From Holophagaceae bacterium (lineage in GTDB: Bacteria; Acidobacteriota; Holophagae; Holophagales; Holophagaceae), in assembly GCA_013334395.1 (NCBI GenBank), contig JAAXXS010000003.1, positions 10,965 to 74,964 of the forward strand: a stretch of DNA of 64,000 nucleotides, given 5' to 3'. Position numbers and translations under genes: made by a program. This document shows, piece by piece, positions 10,486 through 21,591 of the stretch. Numbering within the stretch: position 1 is the stretch's first letter; each line of letters opens with the position of its first letter. The notes beneath the pieces were generated by a model. That model made no database searches, had not been told where the DNA came from, and was given only the letters and a program-made list of their open reading frames with translations.

Positions 10486-10878
10486 CTACTCGGCGTCCTC
10501 GGCCTTGGGCTCGGGGAGGGTGTAGTCCACGAACTCGATGAGGGCCATGTCGGCCGCGTCGCCGAGGCGATGGCCCATCTTGAGGATGCGGGTGTAGCCG
10601 CCGGGACGGCTCTCGAAGCGCTTGCGGAAGTCGGCGTCGAAGATCTTCTGGACGGCGACCTTGCTGCCGAGACGGGCCATCGCCAGGCGGCGGTTGGCGA
10701 TCGTGTCGGACTTCGCGAGGGTGATGAAGGGTTCCACGAAGCTGCGAAGCTCCTTGGCCTTCACCAGGGTGGTCTCAATGCGCTCGCTCTCGATGAGGGC
10801 GGTCGCGAGGTTCTTCATGAGGGCCTTGCGCTGGTTCGTGGTGCGGCCCAGGCGCTTGCCGGAAACGTTGTGACGCAT
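10486..10878 (-). CDS. rplQ: 50S ribosomal protein L17
   Basis: [12 protein letters not shown]...[10 protein letters not shown]. Confidence 0.98.
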   Translation of the reverse strand: MRHNVSGKRLGRTTNQRKALMKNLATALIESERIETTLVKAKELRSFVEPFITLAKSDTIANRRLAMARLGSKVAVQKIFDADFRKRFESRPGGYTRILKMGHRLGDAADMALIEFVDYTLPEPKAEDAE

Positions 10879-10887
10879 GGGGGCTCC

Positions 10888-11859
10888 TTACACTTCCTGC
10901 TCGAGCCGCATGCCGAGGGAGAGGCCGATACGAGCGAGCTCGTCCTTGATCTCCTGGAGCGACTTCTTGCCGAAGTTCTTGGTTTTCATCAGCTCAGCCT
11001 CGGTCCGCTGGACCAGCTCGCCGATGGTGGTGATGTTGGCGTTGCGGAGGCAGTTGTTGGCCCGCACGGAAAGTTCGAGCTCTTCGACGGACTTGCCGAG
11101 CCAGGTGTTCGCGGCCTCGACGCCAAGCGTGGCGGTGCCCATCTCCATCTCGGTGAAGTCCTCGTCCTGACGGGCGAACACCAGGAAGTGGTCGCGCAGG
11201 ATGAGGGCCGCGTCAGAGACGGCTTCCTTGGGATTGACGGCGCCGTTGGTCCAGACCTGGAGGGTGAGCTTTTCGTAATCGGTGCTCTGGCCCACCCGGG
11301 CGGGTTCGACGATGTAGTTCACGCGGACGATGGGGCTGTGGTTGGCATCCATGGGGATGAAGCCGAGACCAAGGGTCTCGTCATGGTTGCGGTCGGCAGT
11401 CATGAAGCCGCGGCCGAGCTGCACGCGCATCTCGATCTCGAGCTCGCCCTCTTCGCCCAGGGTCGCGATGTGGATGTTGGGATCCACTACCTCGACGTTC
11501 TGGTTGCAGCGGATGGCGGCGGAGGTCACGGCGCCCTCACCCTTGGCGGAGATGGTCACCGTCTGGGGCTCGTTGCTGTGCAGCTTGAAGGGTACTTCCT
11601 TTAGGTTCAAGAGGACGTGGGTGATGTCCTCCCAGACTCCGGGAAGGGTCGTGAACTCGTGCATGACGCCCTTGATGCGGACGTTGGTGACAGCGGCGCC
11701 CTGGATGCTGCTGAGCAGCACCCGGCGGACACTGTGCCCGACGGTCGTGGCGAAGCCACGCTCGAAGGGATAGGCCACGAACTCCCCGTAGGTGTCCGTG
11801 AGGGACCCGGGGGTCACCTCCGCGAATCGCGGCCTCTGGAAATCGCTGAGGTTCAGCAT
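10888..11859 (-). CDS. rpoA: RNA polymerase alpha subunit
   Basis: [22 protein letters not shown]; C-terminal [11 protein letters not shown]...KNFGKKSL. Confidence 0.98.
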   Translation of the reverse strand: MLNLSDFQRPRFAEVTPGSLTDTYGEFVAYPFERGFATTVGHSVRRVLLSSIQGAAVTNVRIKGVMHEFTTLPGVWEDITHVLLNLKEVPFKLHSNEPQTVTISAKGEGAVTSAAIRCNQNVEVVDPNIHIATLGEEGELEIEMRVQLGRGFMTADRNHDETLGLGFIPMDANHSPIVRVNYIVEPARVGQSTDYEKLTLQVWTNGAVNPKEAVSDAALILRDHFLVFARQDEDFTEMEMGTATLGVEAANTWLGKSVEELELSVRANNCLRNANITTIGELVQRTEAELMKTKNFGKKSLQEIKDELARIGLSLGMRLEQEV

Positions 11860-11868
11860 CCTGCCCCC

Positions 11869-12501
11869 TTACTTCGAATACAGTTCAACGATCAGCTGCT
11901 CGTTGATATCAAGGGTGATGTCCTCGCGGGTCGGGGTGGCAAGCACCTGGCCCTTGAAGGCGGCGGCATCGAGTGTCAGCCACTTGGGAATGCCACGGCC
12001 AGCGGAGGTCTCAACGGAGGTCTTGATCCCGTCATTCTCCTTGGCGCGCTTGCCCAGCTCGACGACCATCCCAGGCTTGACCTGGAAGGAGGGGATGTCC
12101 ACGCGCTTGCCGTTGATCTGCACATGGCCGTGCATAACCATCTGGCGCGCGGCGGACCGGCTGGACGCGAAGCCCAGGCGGAAGATCACGTTGTCCAGGC
12201 GGCTCTCGAGGAAGCCCAGCAGGTTGTGGCCGGTAACGCCCTTCTTGGCGTCAGCCTTCTCGAAGTAGTGGCGGAACTGCTTCTCAAGCACACCGTAGAT
12301 GCGCTTCACCTTCTGCTTCTCGCGGAGCTGCAGGGCGTAGCCAGTGGGCTTCTTGATCTTCCCCGCGCCATGCTGGCCGGGGATCTTGCCTTTGCGGGTC
12401 TCGAAGGAACACTTTTCCTTGAAGCAGCGTTCGCCCTTCAAGTAGAGCTTCATGCCCTCGCGGCGGCAGAGGCGGCAAACGGCGTCTGTGTAACGTGCCA
12501 T
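11869..12501 (-). CDS. rpsD: 30S ribosomal protein S4
   Basis: MARYT..CRLCRREG; LESRLDNV. Confidence 0.98.
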   Translation of the reverse strand: MARYTDAVCRLCRREGMKLYLKGERCFKEKCSFETRKGKIPGQHGAGKIKKPTGYALQLREKQKVKRIYGVLEKQFRHYFEKADAKKGVTGHNLLGFLESRLDNVIFRLGFASSRSAARQMVMHGHVQINGKRVDIPSFQVKPGMVVELGKRAKENDGIKTSVETSAGRGIPKWLTLDAAAFKGQVLATPTREDITLDINEQLIVELYSK

Positions 12502-12516
12502 GTCTCTCCTCCTCTC

Positions 12517-12924
12517 TTAAACCCGGCGCCGCTTGGGCGGCCGGCAGCCGTTGTGGGGAATGGGCGTGACGTCGCGGATGCTGGTCACCTGGATGCCCGC
12601 TGCGTTCAGGGCACGGATGGCGCTCTCGCGGCCAGCTCCGGGTCCCTTGACGCGAACGTCCACCGAACGGACACCCTGCTCCTTGGCGGCCTCGGCAGCG
12701 ATGCCGGCGGCGACCTGGGCTGCGAAGGGCGTGCCCTTGCGGGTGCCGCGGAAGTTCTGGTTGCCGCTGGAAGCCCAGCAGAGCATGTTCCCCATCGGAT
12801 CTGAGATGGAGATGATGGTGTTGTTGAAGGACGCCTGGACGTGAGCCACGCCGTGGGGAACGTTCTTCTTTTCCTTCTTCTTGACCACCTTCTTGCCGGC
12901 GGTCCGGGTCTGGGTCTTTGCCAT
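12517..12924 (-). CDS. rpsK: 30S ribosomal protein S11
   Basis: SFNNTII; [18 protein letters not shown]. Confidence 0.98.
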   Translation of the reverse strand: MAKTQTRTAGKKVVKKKEKKNVPHGVAHVQASFNNTIISISDPMGNMLCWASSGNQNFRGTRKGTPFAAQVAAGIAAEAAKEQGVRSVDVRVKGPGAGRESAIRALNAAGIQVTSIRDVTPIPHNGCRPPKRRRV

Positions 12925-12936
12925 GTGCTCCTCGCC

Positions 12937-13305
12937 TTACTTCTTCTTGCCGGCTACGGTGCGCCGCTTGCCCTTGCGGGTGCGGGCGTTGGTGTGCGTG
13001 CGCTGGCCACGGACGGGGAGGCCCTTCCGATGACGCAGGCCGCGGTAGCAGCCGATGTCCATGAGCCGCTTGATGTCCAGGGAGATGTTCTTGCGGAGAT
13101 CCCCCTCCACGGTCTCTTCGGCGGTAATGACGCGGCGGATGCGACCAACCTCGTCTTCGGTCAGATCCCGGACCTTGGTGCCGAAGTCGACCTTCGCCCG
13201 AGTCAGGATGCTGTGCGCCTTGGAGCGCCCGATGCCGTAAATGTAGGTGAGCGCGATCTCGATGCGCTTGCCGATGGGCAGATCAATACCTGAGATGCGT
13301 GCCAT
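12937..13305 (-). CDS. rpsM: 30S ribosomal protein S13
   Basis: [10 protein letters not shown]; [18 protein letters not shown]. Confidence 0.98.
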   Translation of the reverse strand: MARISGIDLPIGKRIEIALTYIYGIGRSKAHSILTRAKVDFGTKVRDLTEDEVGRIRRVITAEETVEGDLRKNISLDIKRLMDIGCYRGLRHRKGLPVRGQRTHTNARTRKGKRRTVAGKKK

Positions 13306-13314
13306 CGTGTCTCC

Positions 13315-13431
13315 TTAACCCTGACGCTGCTTGTGCTTGGGGTTTTTCTTGCAAATGATCCGGTTGATTCCTTCGCGGCGGACCACTTTGCAGTGCTCGC
13401 ACAGCTTCTTGATGGAGGGCCGTACTTTCAT
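13315..13431 (-). CDS. rpmJ: 50S ribosomal protein L36 (Zn-binding type), missing from the ORF track
   Basis: Manual translation: [38 protein letters not shown]. Confidence 0.97.
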   Translation of the reverse strand: MKVRPSIKKLCEHCKVVRREGINRIICKKNPKHKQRQG

Positions 13432-13444
13432 GGTGTCCTCTCGT

Positions 13445-13663
13445 TCACTTGAATCGGTAGATGATGCGGCCACGGGTCAGGTCGTAAGGGGTCACCTCGA
13501 CGAGTACCCGGTCACCAGGGAGGATGCGGATGAAGTTCTTGCGCATCTTTCCGGAGATATGTGCCAGCACTTGATGTTTGTTTTCCAGTTCGACCCGGAA
13601 CACGGCATTCGGCAAAGCCTCGACCACTGTGGCTTCGAGCTCAATGGCTTCTTCTTTGCTCAA
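13445..13663 (-). CDS. infA: Translation initiation factor IF-1
   Basis: [28 protein letters not shown]; TTG start. Confidence 0.97.
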   Translation of the reverse strand: MSKEEAIELEATVVEALPNAVFRVELENKHQVLAHISGKMRKNFIRILPGDRVLVEVTPYDLTRGRIIYRFK

Positions 13664-14319
13664 GCGTGTTCTCCGAAGACGTGACGCAGCGTGTCAAACA
13701 CCAGCTCAGGGGCGCGGTTGCCATCCACGCTCTTGAAGTTCGGCCGGTGCTTGTAGAAGCCCAGGAGGGGTTGGAAGGTCGAGTTGAACTCGCCCATCCG
13801 GCTCTTGAAGGCTTCAGAGGTGTCATCAGAGCGGTGCTTCAGTGGACTTCCGCACAGCTCGCAGACACCGGCCTGCTTGGGAGGCTTGGATTCCAGATGG
13901 TAGATGGCGCCGCAGGCATTGTTGCTGCAGACGCGTCGGCCCACCACACGGGCTTCCAGCACTTCCTGGGGGACATCGACCAGTACCACGTGCCCAACCT
14001 TCATGCCTTTGGAGGAGAGGAAGTCTTCCAGGGCTTGAGCTTGCTGAAGGGTGCGAGGGTAGCCGTCGAACAGCACATCAGAGGTCTCGTCCAGCAGCCG
14101 CGCAAAGACAAGCCCGTTGACGGTGTCGTCGTCCACCAGTTTTCCCTCGGCCATAATGGCTTTCGCCCTAAGGCCGATCTCCGTTCCTTTCGAAACGGCA
14201 TCTCTCAGAATGTCACCGGTTGACAGGTGAGTCAAAGAGAATGTTTCCACCAGACGCTTGGCCTGGGTGCCCTTCCCGGAGCCGGGGGCCCCGAGGAGGA
14301 TGTTGGCGATGAGGCTCAT
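13660..14319 (-). CDS. adk: Adenylate kinase
   Basis: [18 protein letters not shown] and DGYPRT motifs; Cys-containing LID. Confidence 0.97.
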   Translation of the reverse strand: MSLIANILLGAPGSGKGTQAKRLVETFSLTHLSTGDILRDAVSKGTEIGLRAKAIMAEGKLVDDDTVNGLVFARLLDETSDVLFDGYPRTLQQAQALEDFLSSKGMKVGHVVLVDVPQEVLEARVVGRRVCSNNACGAIYHLESKPPKQAGVCELCGSPLKHRSDDTSEAFKSRMGEFNSTFQPLLGFYKHRPNFKSVDGNRAPELVFDTLRHVFGEHA

Positions 14320-15671
14320 GCTGCACCCCCGCGAGTGGAGCGGCCGCGGATGCGGCCCTTCTCAAGGAAACCGTCATACCGGCGCATGACCAGCAGGCTT
14401 TCCAACTGGGCCGCGCTGTCCATGGCCACACCCACCACGATCAGCAGGCTGGTGCCACCAAAGTAGAAGTTCAGCCCCTGGATGTTGTTGGTGATCAGGA
14501 GCGGAACCAGGGAGACTAGGGCCAGGTAGATGGCGCCCACGAAGGTCAGCTTGGACAGGATGCTGTCCATGAAGATGCTGGTCTCCTTGCCGGGCCGGAT
14601 GCCAGGAATGTAGCCGCCGGAGCGCTTCATGTTCTCGGCGGTCTCATCGGGGTTGAAGACGATGCTGGTGTAGAAGAAGGCGAAGAAGATCACCACGCCC
14701 ACGAAGACAGGGGTGTAGATCCAGAAGTGGGTCTGCGGGCTGAGGTAAGAAGCCGCCTTGGCGAGCCACTCCCAGCGGGTGAACTGGGCGATGGTGGCCG
14801 GGAAGAAGATCACGGAGCTGGCGAAGATGACGGGCATCACGCCGGCGGTGTTCACCTTGAGGGGCATGTAGCTGCTGCGCTGGCTGGACATGCCGGCTGA
14901 GTCGGCCCGGCGGGCGTAGTGGATGGGGATGCGCCGGTAGGCGTTCTCGACCAGCACCACGGCCAGCAGCACCACGGTCATCGCGGCGAGCAACAGGATG
15001 AAGATGCCCGGAGGCGGCACGTTGGGCGCGTTCTTCAGGGACTGGGTGATCATGATTGTCAGGGTGGTCATCGCCTGGGGCAAGCCCGCGACGATGCCGG
15101 CGAAGATCAGCAGCGAGATGCCGTTGCCGATGCCCCGCTCGGTGATCTGCTCGCCGATCCACATGACGAAGATGGTGCCTACTGACAGGGTGAATGCCGC
15201 CAGGAACCGGAAGGCGGTCGGACTGAGAGCGGTGGTCACCACCTCGAGGCCCGGGGCGTTCTGGCTCTGGGCGAGCGAGGCGATGCCCATGCCCTGCACA
15301 AAGGCCAGGCCCACGGTGAGGTAGCGGGTCCACTGGTTGATCTTCTGGCGTCCAGCCTCGCCTTCCTTCTTCTGGAGGTTCTCCAGGTAGGGCACCACGG
15401 CTCCCATCAGCTGCAGCACGATGCTGGCGGTGATGTAGGGGGCGATACCCAGGGCAAAGACGGAGAACTTCTTGAAGGCGCCACCGGAGAAGAGATCAAC
15501 GACGTCGAAGAGCCCGCCGGCCCCGCGGCTGAGCGCGGCCTGCAGGTTCTCGGCGTTCACCCCGGGCACGCTGACGTGCACGCCCAGGCGGTAGATCGCC
15601 AAGAGCACCAAGGTGAACAGGAGCCGCTTGCGCAGCTCCGGGTTTGCGAAGAGGTCTTTCAGGCGGTTCAT
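14316..15671 (-). CDS. secY: Preprotein translocase subunit SecY
   Basis: [24 protein letters not shown] and [11 protein letters not shown] motifs. Confidence 0.98.
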   Translation of the reverse strand: MNRLKDLFANPELRKRLLFTLVLLAIYRLGVHVSVPGVNAENLQAALSRGAGGLFDVVDLFSGGAFKKFSVFALGIAPYITASIVLQLMGAVVPYLENLQKKEGEAGRQKINQWTRYLTVGLAFVQGMGIASLAQSQNAPGLEVVTTALSPTAFRFLAAFTLSVGTIFVMWIGEQITERGIGNGISLLIFAGIVAGLPQAMTTLTIMITQSLKNAPNVPPPGIFILLLAAMTVVLLAVVLVENAYRRIPIHYARRADSAGMSSQRSSYMPLKVNTAGVMPVIFASSVIFFPATIAQFTRWEWLAKAASYLSPQTHFWIYTPVFVGVVIFFAFFYTSIVFNPDETAENMKRSGGYIPGIRPGKETSIFMDSILSKLTFVGAIYLALVSLVPLLITNNIQGLNFYFGGTSLLIVVGVAMDSAAQLESLLVMRRYDGFLEKGRIRGRSTRGGAA

Positions 15672-15677
15672 CGGCCG

Positions 15678-16139
15678 CTACTCGGCGGACTTCGCGCAGG
15701 GCTCCTGGATGGTGCCGCCCTTGGCCAGGATGGCTTCCCGGGCACCCTTGGTGATGCGGTCCGCGACCACGTTCACCTTGGAGGTGAGCTCACCGCTGGC
15801 CAGCACGACGATCTTCTCGACGCGGCTGTTGACGAGCTTCTTCTCGCGGAGCGCCTCGAGGCAGACCGTGTCGCCATCCTTGAAGTGGATGGAGATCAGG
15901 CTGAGCGGGACTTCCTTCGTCTCGGGAGCAAAGATGTTGGTGAAACCGCGCTTGGGCAGGCGGCGGACCAGAGGCATCTGGCCGCCTTCAAAGCCGCGCT
16001 TGCTGCGGTAGCCGCTGCGGGACTTCTGGCCCTTCTCACCGCGGCCGGAGGTCTTGCCCAGGCCGGAGCCCTTGCCGCGACCGACGCGCTTGCGGTTCTG
16101 TGTGGCGCCCTCTGCGGGCCTGAGTTCGTTGAGTTTCAT
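15678..16139 (-). CDS. rplO: 50S ribosomal protein L15
   Basis: GRGKGSGLGKTSGRG; FEGGQMPL..RLPKRGF. Confidence 0.98.
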   Translation of the reverse strand: MKLNELRPAEGATQNRKRVGRGKGSGLGKTSGRGEKGQKSRSGYRSKRGFEGGQMPLVRRLPKRGFTNIFAPETKEVPLSLISIHFKDGDTVCLEALREKKLVNSRVEKIVVLASGELTSKVNVVADRITKGAREAILAKGGTIQEPCAKSAE

Positions 16140-16142
16140 GGC

Positions 16143-16340
16143 CTACCCCTTCACCTTGACGTCGAGGAGATGCGGGACAAGCTTGACCATCCCGTGGACG
16201 TTGGGGGTGTATTCGCATTCGCGGGTGTCACCGGGACGCTTGAGGCAGAGGGTCTGCATGAAGGCACGGTGCTTGGGAGTGGTGCAGATGATGGAACGCT
16301 TGAGCGTAATCACCACCTGTTTGCCGAGGAATTGCGACAT
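16143..16340 (-). CDS. rpmD: 50S ribosomal protein L30
   Basis: VITLKRSII...GMVKLVPHLLDV; located between rpsE and rplO. Confidence 0.92.
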   Translation of the reverse strand: MSQFLGKQVVITLKRSIICTTPKHRAFMQTLCLKRPGDTRECEYTPNVHGMVKLVPHLLDVKVKG

Positions 16341-16341
16341 G

Positions 16342-16872
16342 TCAAGCCTCCGCCTGGTCAAGACCGCGGTTGGTCAGGACCGTGTAGGGATCCATGAGTT
16401 CCTTCAGCCCCTCGAACGTGGCGCGAACCACATTGTGGGGGTTGGAAGAGCCCAGGCTCTTGGTCATCACGTTGTGGACGCCGGCGGCTTCCATGATGGC
16501 GCGGACCGCGGCGCCGGCGATGATGCCGGTGCCCTCGGGGGCGGGCTTCAGCAGTACGCTGCCGGAGCCGAAGTTGCCCAACACCGGGTGCGGCACACTG
16601 CCGGTCGGGGTGAGGGGAACCCTGATCATGTTGCGCTTGGCGCTCTCAATGCCCTTCTTGATCGCGGAGGGCACTTCGAGGGCCTTGCCGAGGCCGAAGC
16701 CAACCTTGCCATTGCCGTCGCCCACGACCACCAGCGCGGAGAAGGAGAAGTTCTTGCCCCCCTTCACAACCTTGGTGACGCGGCCCACGTAGATGACCTG
16801 GTCCTTAAATTCCCCGCCTTCAGATCCGCGGGAGTCCTTGTTCTCTTTCAGCTCTGCAGTCGCCATGGTCAT
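16342..16872 (-). CDS. rpsE: 30S ribosomal protein S5 (start 16872 or 16866)
   Basis: RVTKVVKGG; [11 protein letters not shown]; GSSNPHNVV. Confidence 0.98.
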   Translation of the reverse strand: MTMATAELKENKDSRGSEGGEFKDQVIYVGRVTKVVKGGKNFSFSALVVVGDGNGKVGFGLGKALEVPSAIKKGIESAKRNMIRVPLTPTGSVPHPVLGNFGSGSVLLKPAPEGTGIIAGAAVRAIMEAAGVHNVMTKSLGSSNPHNVVRATFEGLKELMDPYTVLTNRGLDQAEA

Positions 16873-16875
16873 CCC

Positions 16876-17238
16876 CTAGAACTGGAGCCCGGCTTCGCGG
16901 GCGCTGTCAGCCAGCGCCTTGACGCGGCCGTGATAGACGTAGCCGTTCCGGTCGAACACCACCGAAGTGATGCCCTTTTCCTTCAGGCGAGCGGCGATGC
17001 TGGCACCGACAGCCTTGGCGGCTTCGATGTTGGCGCCGTTCTTCAGAGAGGCGCGCAGGTCCTTTTCCAGGCTGCTGGCGGTGGCAAGGGTGATGCCCTT
17101 GGTGTCGTCCACGGCCTGGACATAGATGCGCTTGAGGCTCTTGTAGATGGTGAGACGGGGCCGCTCGGGCGTGCCGCTCACGCGGCCGCGGATGCGGGCC
17201 TTGGTCTTGTCGCGTCGAATGTTGATTGAGTTCGCCAT
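16876..17238 (-). CDS. rplR: 50S ribosomal protein L18
   Basis: RPRLTIYKS; [18 protein letters not shown]. Confidence 0.98.
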   Translation of the reverse strand: MANSINIRRDKTKARIRGRVSGTPERPRLTIYKSLKRIYVQAVDDTKGITLATASSLEKDLRASLKNGANIEAAKAVGASIAARLKEKGITSVVFDRNGYVYHGRVKALADSAREAGLQF

Positions 17239-17247
17239 GGTTTCCCC

Positions 17248-17784
17248 TTACTTCCCGGTCTTGCCGGCCTTGCGGCGGATGACTTCGCCGGTATACATGA
17301 CACCCTTGCCCTTGTAAGGCTCAGGCTTGCGGTATTTCCGGATATCGGCGGCGACCTGGCCCACGAGCTGCCGGTCGGTACCGGTCACCACGATGTGGGT
17401 GGTCTTCTCGACGGCCATCGTGATGCCAGCGGGGGCTTCGTAGTTGATGGGGTGGCTGTAGCCGAGTTCCAGGTGGAGCTTGGCGCCATCCATGGAGGCC
17501 TTGTAGCCGACGCCGACGATGTCCAGTTCCTTCTTCCAGCCCTCGGTCACACCGACGACGGCGTTGTTGAGGAGGGCGCGGGTCAGGCCGTGGTAGGCAC
17601 GGGTCTGGGCTTCTTCGTTGGCGCGGAGCAGGGTGACGGAGTCGGCCTGGATGTCGAGCGTGATCCCACCAAGGATCGGGCAAACGAGCTTGCCTTTGAC
17701 GCCTTCGACGACGGCCTCGGACCCGGTGACGGTGACGGTCACGCCCTTGGGCAGCGTCACGGGCTTCTTTCCGATTCGAGACAT
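17248..17784 (-). CDS. rplF: 50S ribosomal protein L6
   Basis: MSRIGKKP; RKPEPYKGKG. Confidence 0.98.
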   Translation of the reverse strand: MSRIGKKPVTLPKGVTVTVTGSEAVVEGVKGKLVCPILGGITLDIQADSVTLLRANEEAQTRAYHGLTRALLNNAVVGVTEGWKKELDIVGVGYKASMDGAKLHLELGYSHPINYEAPAGITMAVEKTTHIVVTGTDRQLVGQVAADIRKYRKPEPYKGKGVMYTGEVIRRKAGKTGK

Positions 17785-17832
17785 GGTTTATTCCTTAGAT
17801 GAGGGCGGGGTCGCCGCCCTTTTCAGGATGGG

Positions 17833-18228
17833 TTACCAGACGTGGGCGAGGACTTCGCCGCCAACGTTCTGCTTCTTGGCGTCCTTGCCCGTCAGGAGAC
17901 CCTTCGGGGTGGACAGGATGGCGATGCCGAGGCCGCCGTGCACATCAGAGATATCCTGGGCGCCCGTGTAGATGCGAAGGCCGGGACGGGACACGCGGCG
18001 GAGGCCGTGGATCACGTTCTGCTTATCCTTCACGTACTTCAGGTTGAGGATGATGTAGGCGCGACCCTCGTGCTCCACTTCCTTGTAGGAGTGGATGTAC
18101 CCTTCCTGCTTCAGGATGCCGCAGAGCTGGGTCTTGATCTTGGAGGAAGGCACAACCACAGCATCGTGACCGGCCATGATGCCGTTGCGGATGCGGGTGA
18201 GGTAGTCAGCGATGGGATCGGTGTTCAT
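17833..18228 (-). CDS. rpsH: 30S ribosomal protein S8
   Basis: DPIADYLTRIRNG; SRPGLRIY; STPKG. Confidence 0.98.
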   Translation of the reverse strand: MNTDPIADYLTRIRNGIMAGHDAVVVPSSKIKTQLCGILKQEGYIHSYKEVEHEGRAYIILNLKYVKDKQNVIHGLRRVSRPGLRIYTGAQDISDVHGGLGIAILSTPKGLLTGKDAKKQNVGGEVLAHVW

Positions 18229-18240
18229 GGTCCCCTCTCC

Positions 18241-18426
18241 TTACCAACTTGACTTCTGGACGCCGGGCAGTTCGCCGTTGAGGGCGAGCTTCCGGAAGCA
18301 CAGACGGCAGAGTTCAAACTTGCGCAGATAGCCTCGGGGCCGACCACACACCTTGCAGCGATTGCGGTGCTGAGTCGAGAACTTCGGCTTGCGCTGATCC
18401 TTGACGATTTTGGAAATCTTGGCCAT
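18241..18426 (-). CDS. rpsN: 30S ribosomal protein S14, type Z (Zn-binding)
   Basis: RCKVCGR...LCRLCFR; 61 aa. Confidence 0.97.
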   Translation of the reverse strand: MAKISKIVKDQRKPKFSTQHRNRCKVCGRPRGYLRKFELCRLCFRKLALNGELPGVQKSSW

Positions 18427-18443
18427 CGGTATGATCTCCTTGG

Positions 18444-19007
18444 CTACTTGCGGAAGGGCATACCGAGGTGACCCAGCAGGGCCCGCGCTTCGGCGTCATT
18501 CTTGGCGGTGGTCACAAAGGTGATATTCATCCCCTTCATCTTGTCCACCTTGGAATAGTCAATTTCCTGGAAGATCAGCTGATCCTTCAGGCCCAGGGTG
18601 TAGTTGCCACGGCCGTCGAAGGACTTGGTGGGCACGCCACGGAAGTCACGGACGCGGGGCAGGGACAGGGTCACCAGGCGGTCGAAGAACTCCCACATGC
18701 GGGGCCCGCGCAGGGTCACCATGCAGGCGATGGGCATGCCGGCGCGCAGCTTGAACTGGGCGACGCTCTTCTTGGCCTTGCGAACGATGGCCTTCTGGCC
18801 AACGATGGCGCTGAGCTCGTCAACGGCGACGTCCAGCACCTTGATGTTCTGGATGGCATCACCAACACCCATGTTGATGACGATCTTCTGCAGGCGGGGG
18901 ACCTGCATGGCGGAGGTAAAGGCAAATTCCTCCGTGAGCTTCGAGACCACCTCCTGGTGGTAGCGAGCCTTGACGCGGGGCTCCGCGTGGCCTTGCGTGG
19001 CAGTCAT
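18444..19007 (-). CDS. rplE: 50S ribosomal protein L5
   Basis: KIVINMGVG; RVRDFRG; GGAGG SD before ATG 19007. Confidence 0.98.
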   Translation of the reverse strand: MTATQGHAEPRVKARYHQEVVSKLTEEFAFTSAMQVPRLQKIVINMGVGDAIQNIKVLDVAVDELSAIVGQKAIVRKAKKSVAQFKLRAGMPIACMVTLRGPRMWEFFDRLVTLSLPRVRDFRGVPTKSFDGRGNYTLGLKDQLIFQEIDYSKVDKMKGMNITFVTTAKNDAEARALLGHLGMPFRK

Positions 19008-19390
19008 GGATTCCTCCATTTCCGAGAGGCGGCGATGCCCCAGGGGTTCGGGAGAGCGGGGGGGCTTGGGACGGCTGTCCGGCCCGTTTCCCCCCAACCT
19101 CAGTTGTCATGGCGCAGGATGCGCCGTGGATCTCCACCCCGCGCACGGGGCAGAACGACTATCTTCCCACAGGAGATGCCCGGAAGGAAGCGAAAAGGTC
19201 CGAGTGTACACAAAGCAGGAGCAATCGGAGAACGATAAGCGAGAGGCGGGCTCAGCCCGGCACTCGCATGGGGGTCAGGGCTGTTGAAGCGCGCGGACCA
19301 CCGGAGAGCTACAAGCTTGGAGCGGGCTTTGCCCGATCCAAGCGCGGGGGCCCGGGGGTGTGCGCGCAGCGCGGAACCCCCGGACAACCA

Positions 19391-19663
19391 CTAGGCCCGC
19401 TTGCGCGTGCCCTTGCCGGTCTTGGCGTCAAGGAGCATGACGTTGGAGGCGTGAATCGGGGCCTCCTTCTCCAGGATCCCGCCACCCTCACCGGTCTGGG
19501 GGTTGGGCTTGGTGGCCTTCTTGATCAGGTTGAGGCCGGTGACCACCACGCGGTTGTTGGAGGGGCTGACCTTGGCGATGGTCCCGGTCTTGCCCTTTTC
19601 CTTGCCGGCGATGATGACGACCTGGTCGCCCTTCTTCAGCTTCATCTTGGTCGTGGTTTCCAT
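19391..19663 (-). CDS. rplX: 50S ribosomal protein L24
   Basis: [18 protein letters not shown]; EAPIHASNV; ATGA overlap with rplN. Confidence 0.97.
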   Translation of the reverse strand: METTTKMKLKKGDQVVIIAGKEKGKTGTIAKVSPSNNRVVVTGLNLIKKATKPNPQTGEGGGILEKEAPIHASNVMLLDAKTGKGTRKRA

Positions 19664-20031
19664 CAAAGCACCTCAGGGGCCAGGGAGACGATCTTCATGT
19701 ACTTCCGCTCGCGCAGTTCGCGGGCCACGGGGCCGAACACGCGGGTGCCGACGGGCTCGCCATCCTTCTTGATGATGACGGCGGCGTTCTCGTCGAAGCG
19801 GATGTACGAACCGTCCTTGCGACGGAAGGCCTTGCGCTGGCGGACGATGACGGCCTGGACAACGGCCTTCTTCTTCACGGTGCCGCCAGGAATCGCTTCC
19901 TTGACAGAGGCCGTGATGACGTCGCCGAGCTGGGCGATCCTGCCAACACCGCCGCCCAGGGGCAGGATGCAGCAGATCTTCTTGGCGCCGGAGTTATCGG
20001 CGACGGTGAGCATGGTTCCCATCTGGATCAT
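19663..20031 (-). CDS. rplN: 50S ribosomal protein L14
   Basis: VADNSGAK; [13 protein letters not shown]; SLAPEVL. Confidence 0.98.
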   Translation of the reverse strand: MIQMGTMLTVADNSGAKKICCILPLGGGVGRIAQLGDVITASVKEAIPGGTVKKKAVVQAVIVRQRKAFRRKDGSYIRFDENAAVIIKKDGEPVGTRVFGPVARELRERKYMKIVSLAPEVL

Positions 20032-20040
20032 GTGAGCTCC

Positions 20041-20298
20041 TTACTCGCCGGCCTTCTGGACGATCTCGAGGACCATCCAGCGCTTGCGCTTGGAAAGGGG
20101 GCGGGTCTCTACGATCTTGACCACGTCGCCGATGGAGCAGGCGTTGGTCTCGTCGTGAGCCATAAACTTGGCGGTCTGCTTGACGGTGCGGTGGTAGAGC
20201 GGGTGCTGGAACTTGCGCTCCACCTTCACCACCACGGTCTTGTCGGCCTTGTTGGAGACCACCACGCCGTTACGAGTCATCTTGGTTTCGAGGCTCAT
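20041..20298 (-). CDS. rpsQ: 30S ribosomal protein S17
   Basis: [11 protein letters not shown]; [11 protein letters not shown]. Confidence 0.98.
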   Translation of the reverse strand: MSLETKMTRNGVVVSNKADKTVVVKVERKFQHPLYHRTVKQTAKFMAHDETNACSIGDVVKIVETRPLSKRKRWMVLEIVQKAGE

Positions 20299-20306
20299 GG
20301 GTTCTC

Positions 20307-20507
20307 CTAGGCCAGCTTGGTGGCCAAGGCCGTCTTGACGCGGGCGAGCTCACGACGGGTCTTGCGGACCTCGGCAGTGTTCTCGACCTGGCCCACGGCG
20401 TGCTGGAAGCGGAGGGTAAAGCGCTTGGCGGCCAGTTCGGCCTCCAGCTGCGCCAGTTCCTCCACACTCTTGCCGGTCAACTCGGAAAAGGGATTCTTCT
20501 TGGACAT
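20307..20507 (-). CDS. rpmC: 50S ribosomal protein L29
   Basis: [25 protein letters not shown]; synteny. Confidence 0.95.
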   Translation of the reverse strand: MSKKNPFSELTGKSVEELAQLEAELAAKRFTLRFQHAVGQVENTAEVRKTRRELARVKTALATKLA

Positions 20508-20512
20508 GGCTC

Positions 20513-20932
20513 TCACTCCTCCGGCGGCGTGCGGGTGATGAACTCAGACGCCACAGACAGCTTCATCTGGGCCAGGCGCAGCGCCTCGCGTGCGGTTTCC
20601 TCGGTCACACCTTCCATCTCGAAGAGGATGCGCCCGGGACGAATCACCGCCACCCAGCCGTCCGGAGCCCCCTTGCCAGAGCCCATGCGGGTTTCCGCTG
20701 GCTTGGAGGTGGTGGGACGATCGGGGAAGATGCGGATCCAGATCTTGCCGCCGCGCTTGATGTGGCGGGTCATGGCGATACGGGCGGCTTCGATCTCACG
20801 GTTGGTGAGCCAGCAGTGCTCCATCGCCTTGAGGCCGAAATCGCCGAAGGCGAGCTCGTTGCCGCGGGTGGCGACGCCGCGGGTGCGGCCCTTCATGGTT
20901 TTGCGGTTCTTGACCTTCTTGGGCATCAGCAT
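20513..20932 (-). CDS. rplP: 50S ribosomal protein L16
   Basis: IWIRIFPD; RMGSGKG. Confidence 0.98.
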   Translation of the reverse strand: MLMPKKVKNRKTMKGRTRGVATRGNELAFGDFGLKAMEHCWLTNREIEAARIAMTRHIKRGGKIWIRIFPDRPTTSKPAETRMGSGKGAPDGWVAVIRPGRILFEMEGVTEETAREALRLAQMKLSVASEFITRTPPEE

Positions 20933-20941
20933 GGATTCACC

Positions 20942-21589
20942 TCAGCGCTTCACGGTCTCGGCAACCTGGTCGCCCAGATTCACCCAGACCTTGATGCCGA
21001 TGATCCCGTAGGTCGTGCGGGCCTCGGCGAAACCGTAGTCAACACCCGCGCGAATGGTCTGCAGGGGCATCTGGCCGGAGAGGTAGTCCTCGGTCCGGGC
21101 GATCTCGGCGCCGTTCAGGCGGCCAGAGACCTTGATCTTGAAACCCTTGGCACCGAAGCGGATTGCAGCTTCTTCAGCCTTGCGCATGGCGCGGCGGAAG
21201 GCGATGCGACGCTCGAGCTGCTGGGCAACGCCCTCGGCCACGAGCTGGGCGTCCACTTCAGGCTTCTTGATCTCCTGGATGTCGACAGACACGGGGCGGT
21301 TCAGGCGCTTCTGGAGGTCTTCGCGGAGCTTGTCGATCTCAGCACCCTTGCGGCCGATGACGATGCCGGGGCGGGCGGTGTAGATGCGCACGGTGACCTT
21401 GTCGGCGGCGCGCTCGATATCGATCTTCGAGACCATCGCGTTCAGGCTGTGCAGCTGCTTCTTCAGTTCGCGGCGGAGCTTGATGTCCTCGTGGAGCAGC
21501 AGCGCGTAGTCGCGCTTCGAGAACCACTTGCTGTGCCAGTTCTTCTGGTAGACAAGGCGGAACCCGTACGGGTGAACTTTCTGACCCAT
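20942..21589 (-). CDS. rpsC: 30S ribosomal protein S3
   Basis: [12 protein letters not shown]; [11 protein letters not shown]. Confidence 0.98.
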   Translation of the reverse strand: MGQKVHPYGFRLVYQKNWHSKWFSKRDYALLLHEDIKLRRELKKQLHSLNAMVSKIDIERAADKVTVRIYTARPGIVIGRKGAEIDKLREDLQKRLNRPVSVDIQEIKKPEVDAQLVAEGVAQQLERRIAFRRAMRKAEEAAIRFGAKGFKIKVSGRLNGAEIARTEDYLSGQMPLQTIRAGVDYGFAEARTTYGIIGIKVWVNLGDQVAETVKR

Positions 21590-21591
21590 GA

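Noticed and set aside
13664-13670. Absence of map between adk and infA
   Set aside because: This gene is variably present in the cluster across bacteria; not distinctive.
19170-19192. CCGGAAGGAAGC resembling the SRP (4.5S) RNA domain IV motif
   Set aside because: The required CAGG lies 8 nt rather than 3 nt before the GGAA loop, the 3' side reads AGCG not AGCA, and there is no enclosing long helix.
19100-19387. 95-aa minus-strand ORF (and 19109-20035 on plus) in the rplX-rplE spacer
   Set aside because: No SD, low-complexity Pro/Arg/Ala composition and no recognisable motif; better explained as non-coding structure.
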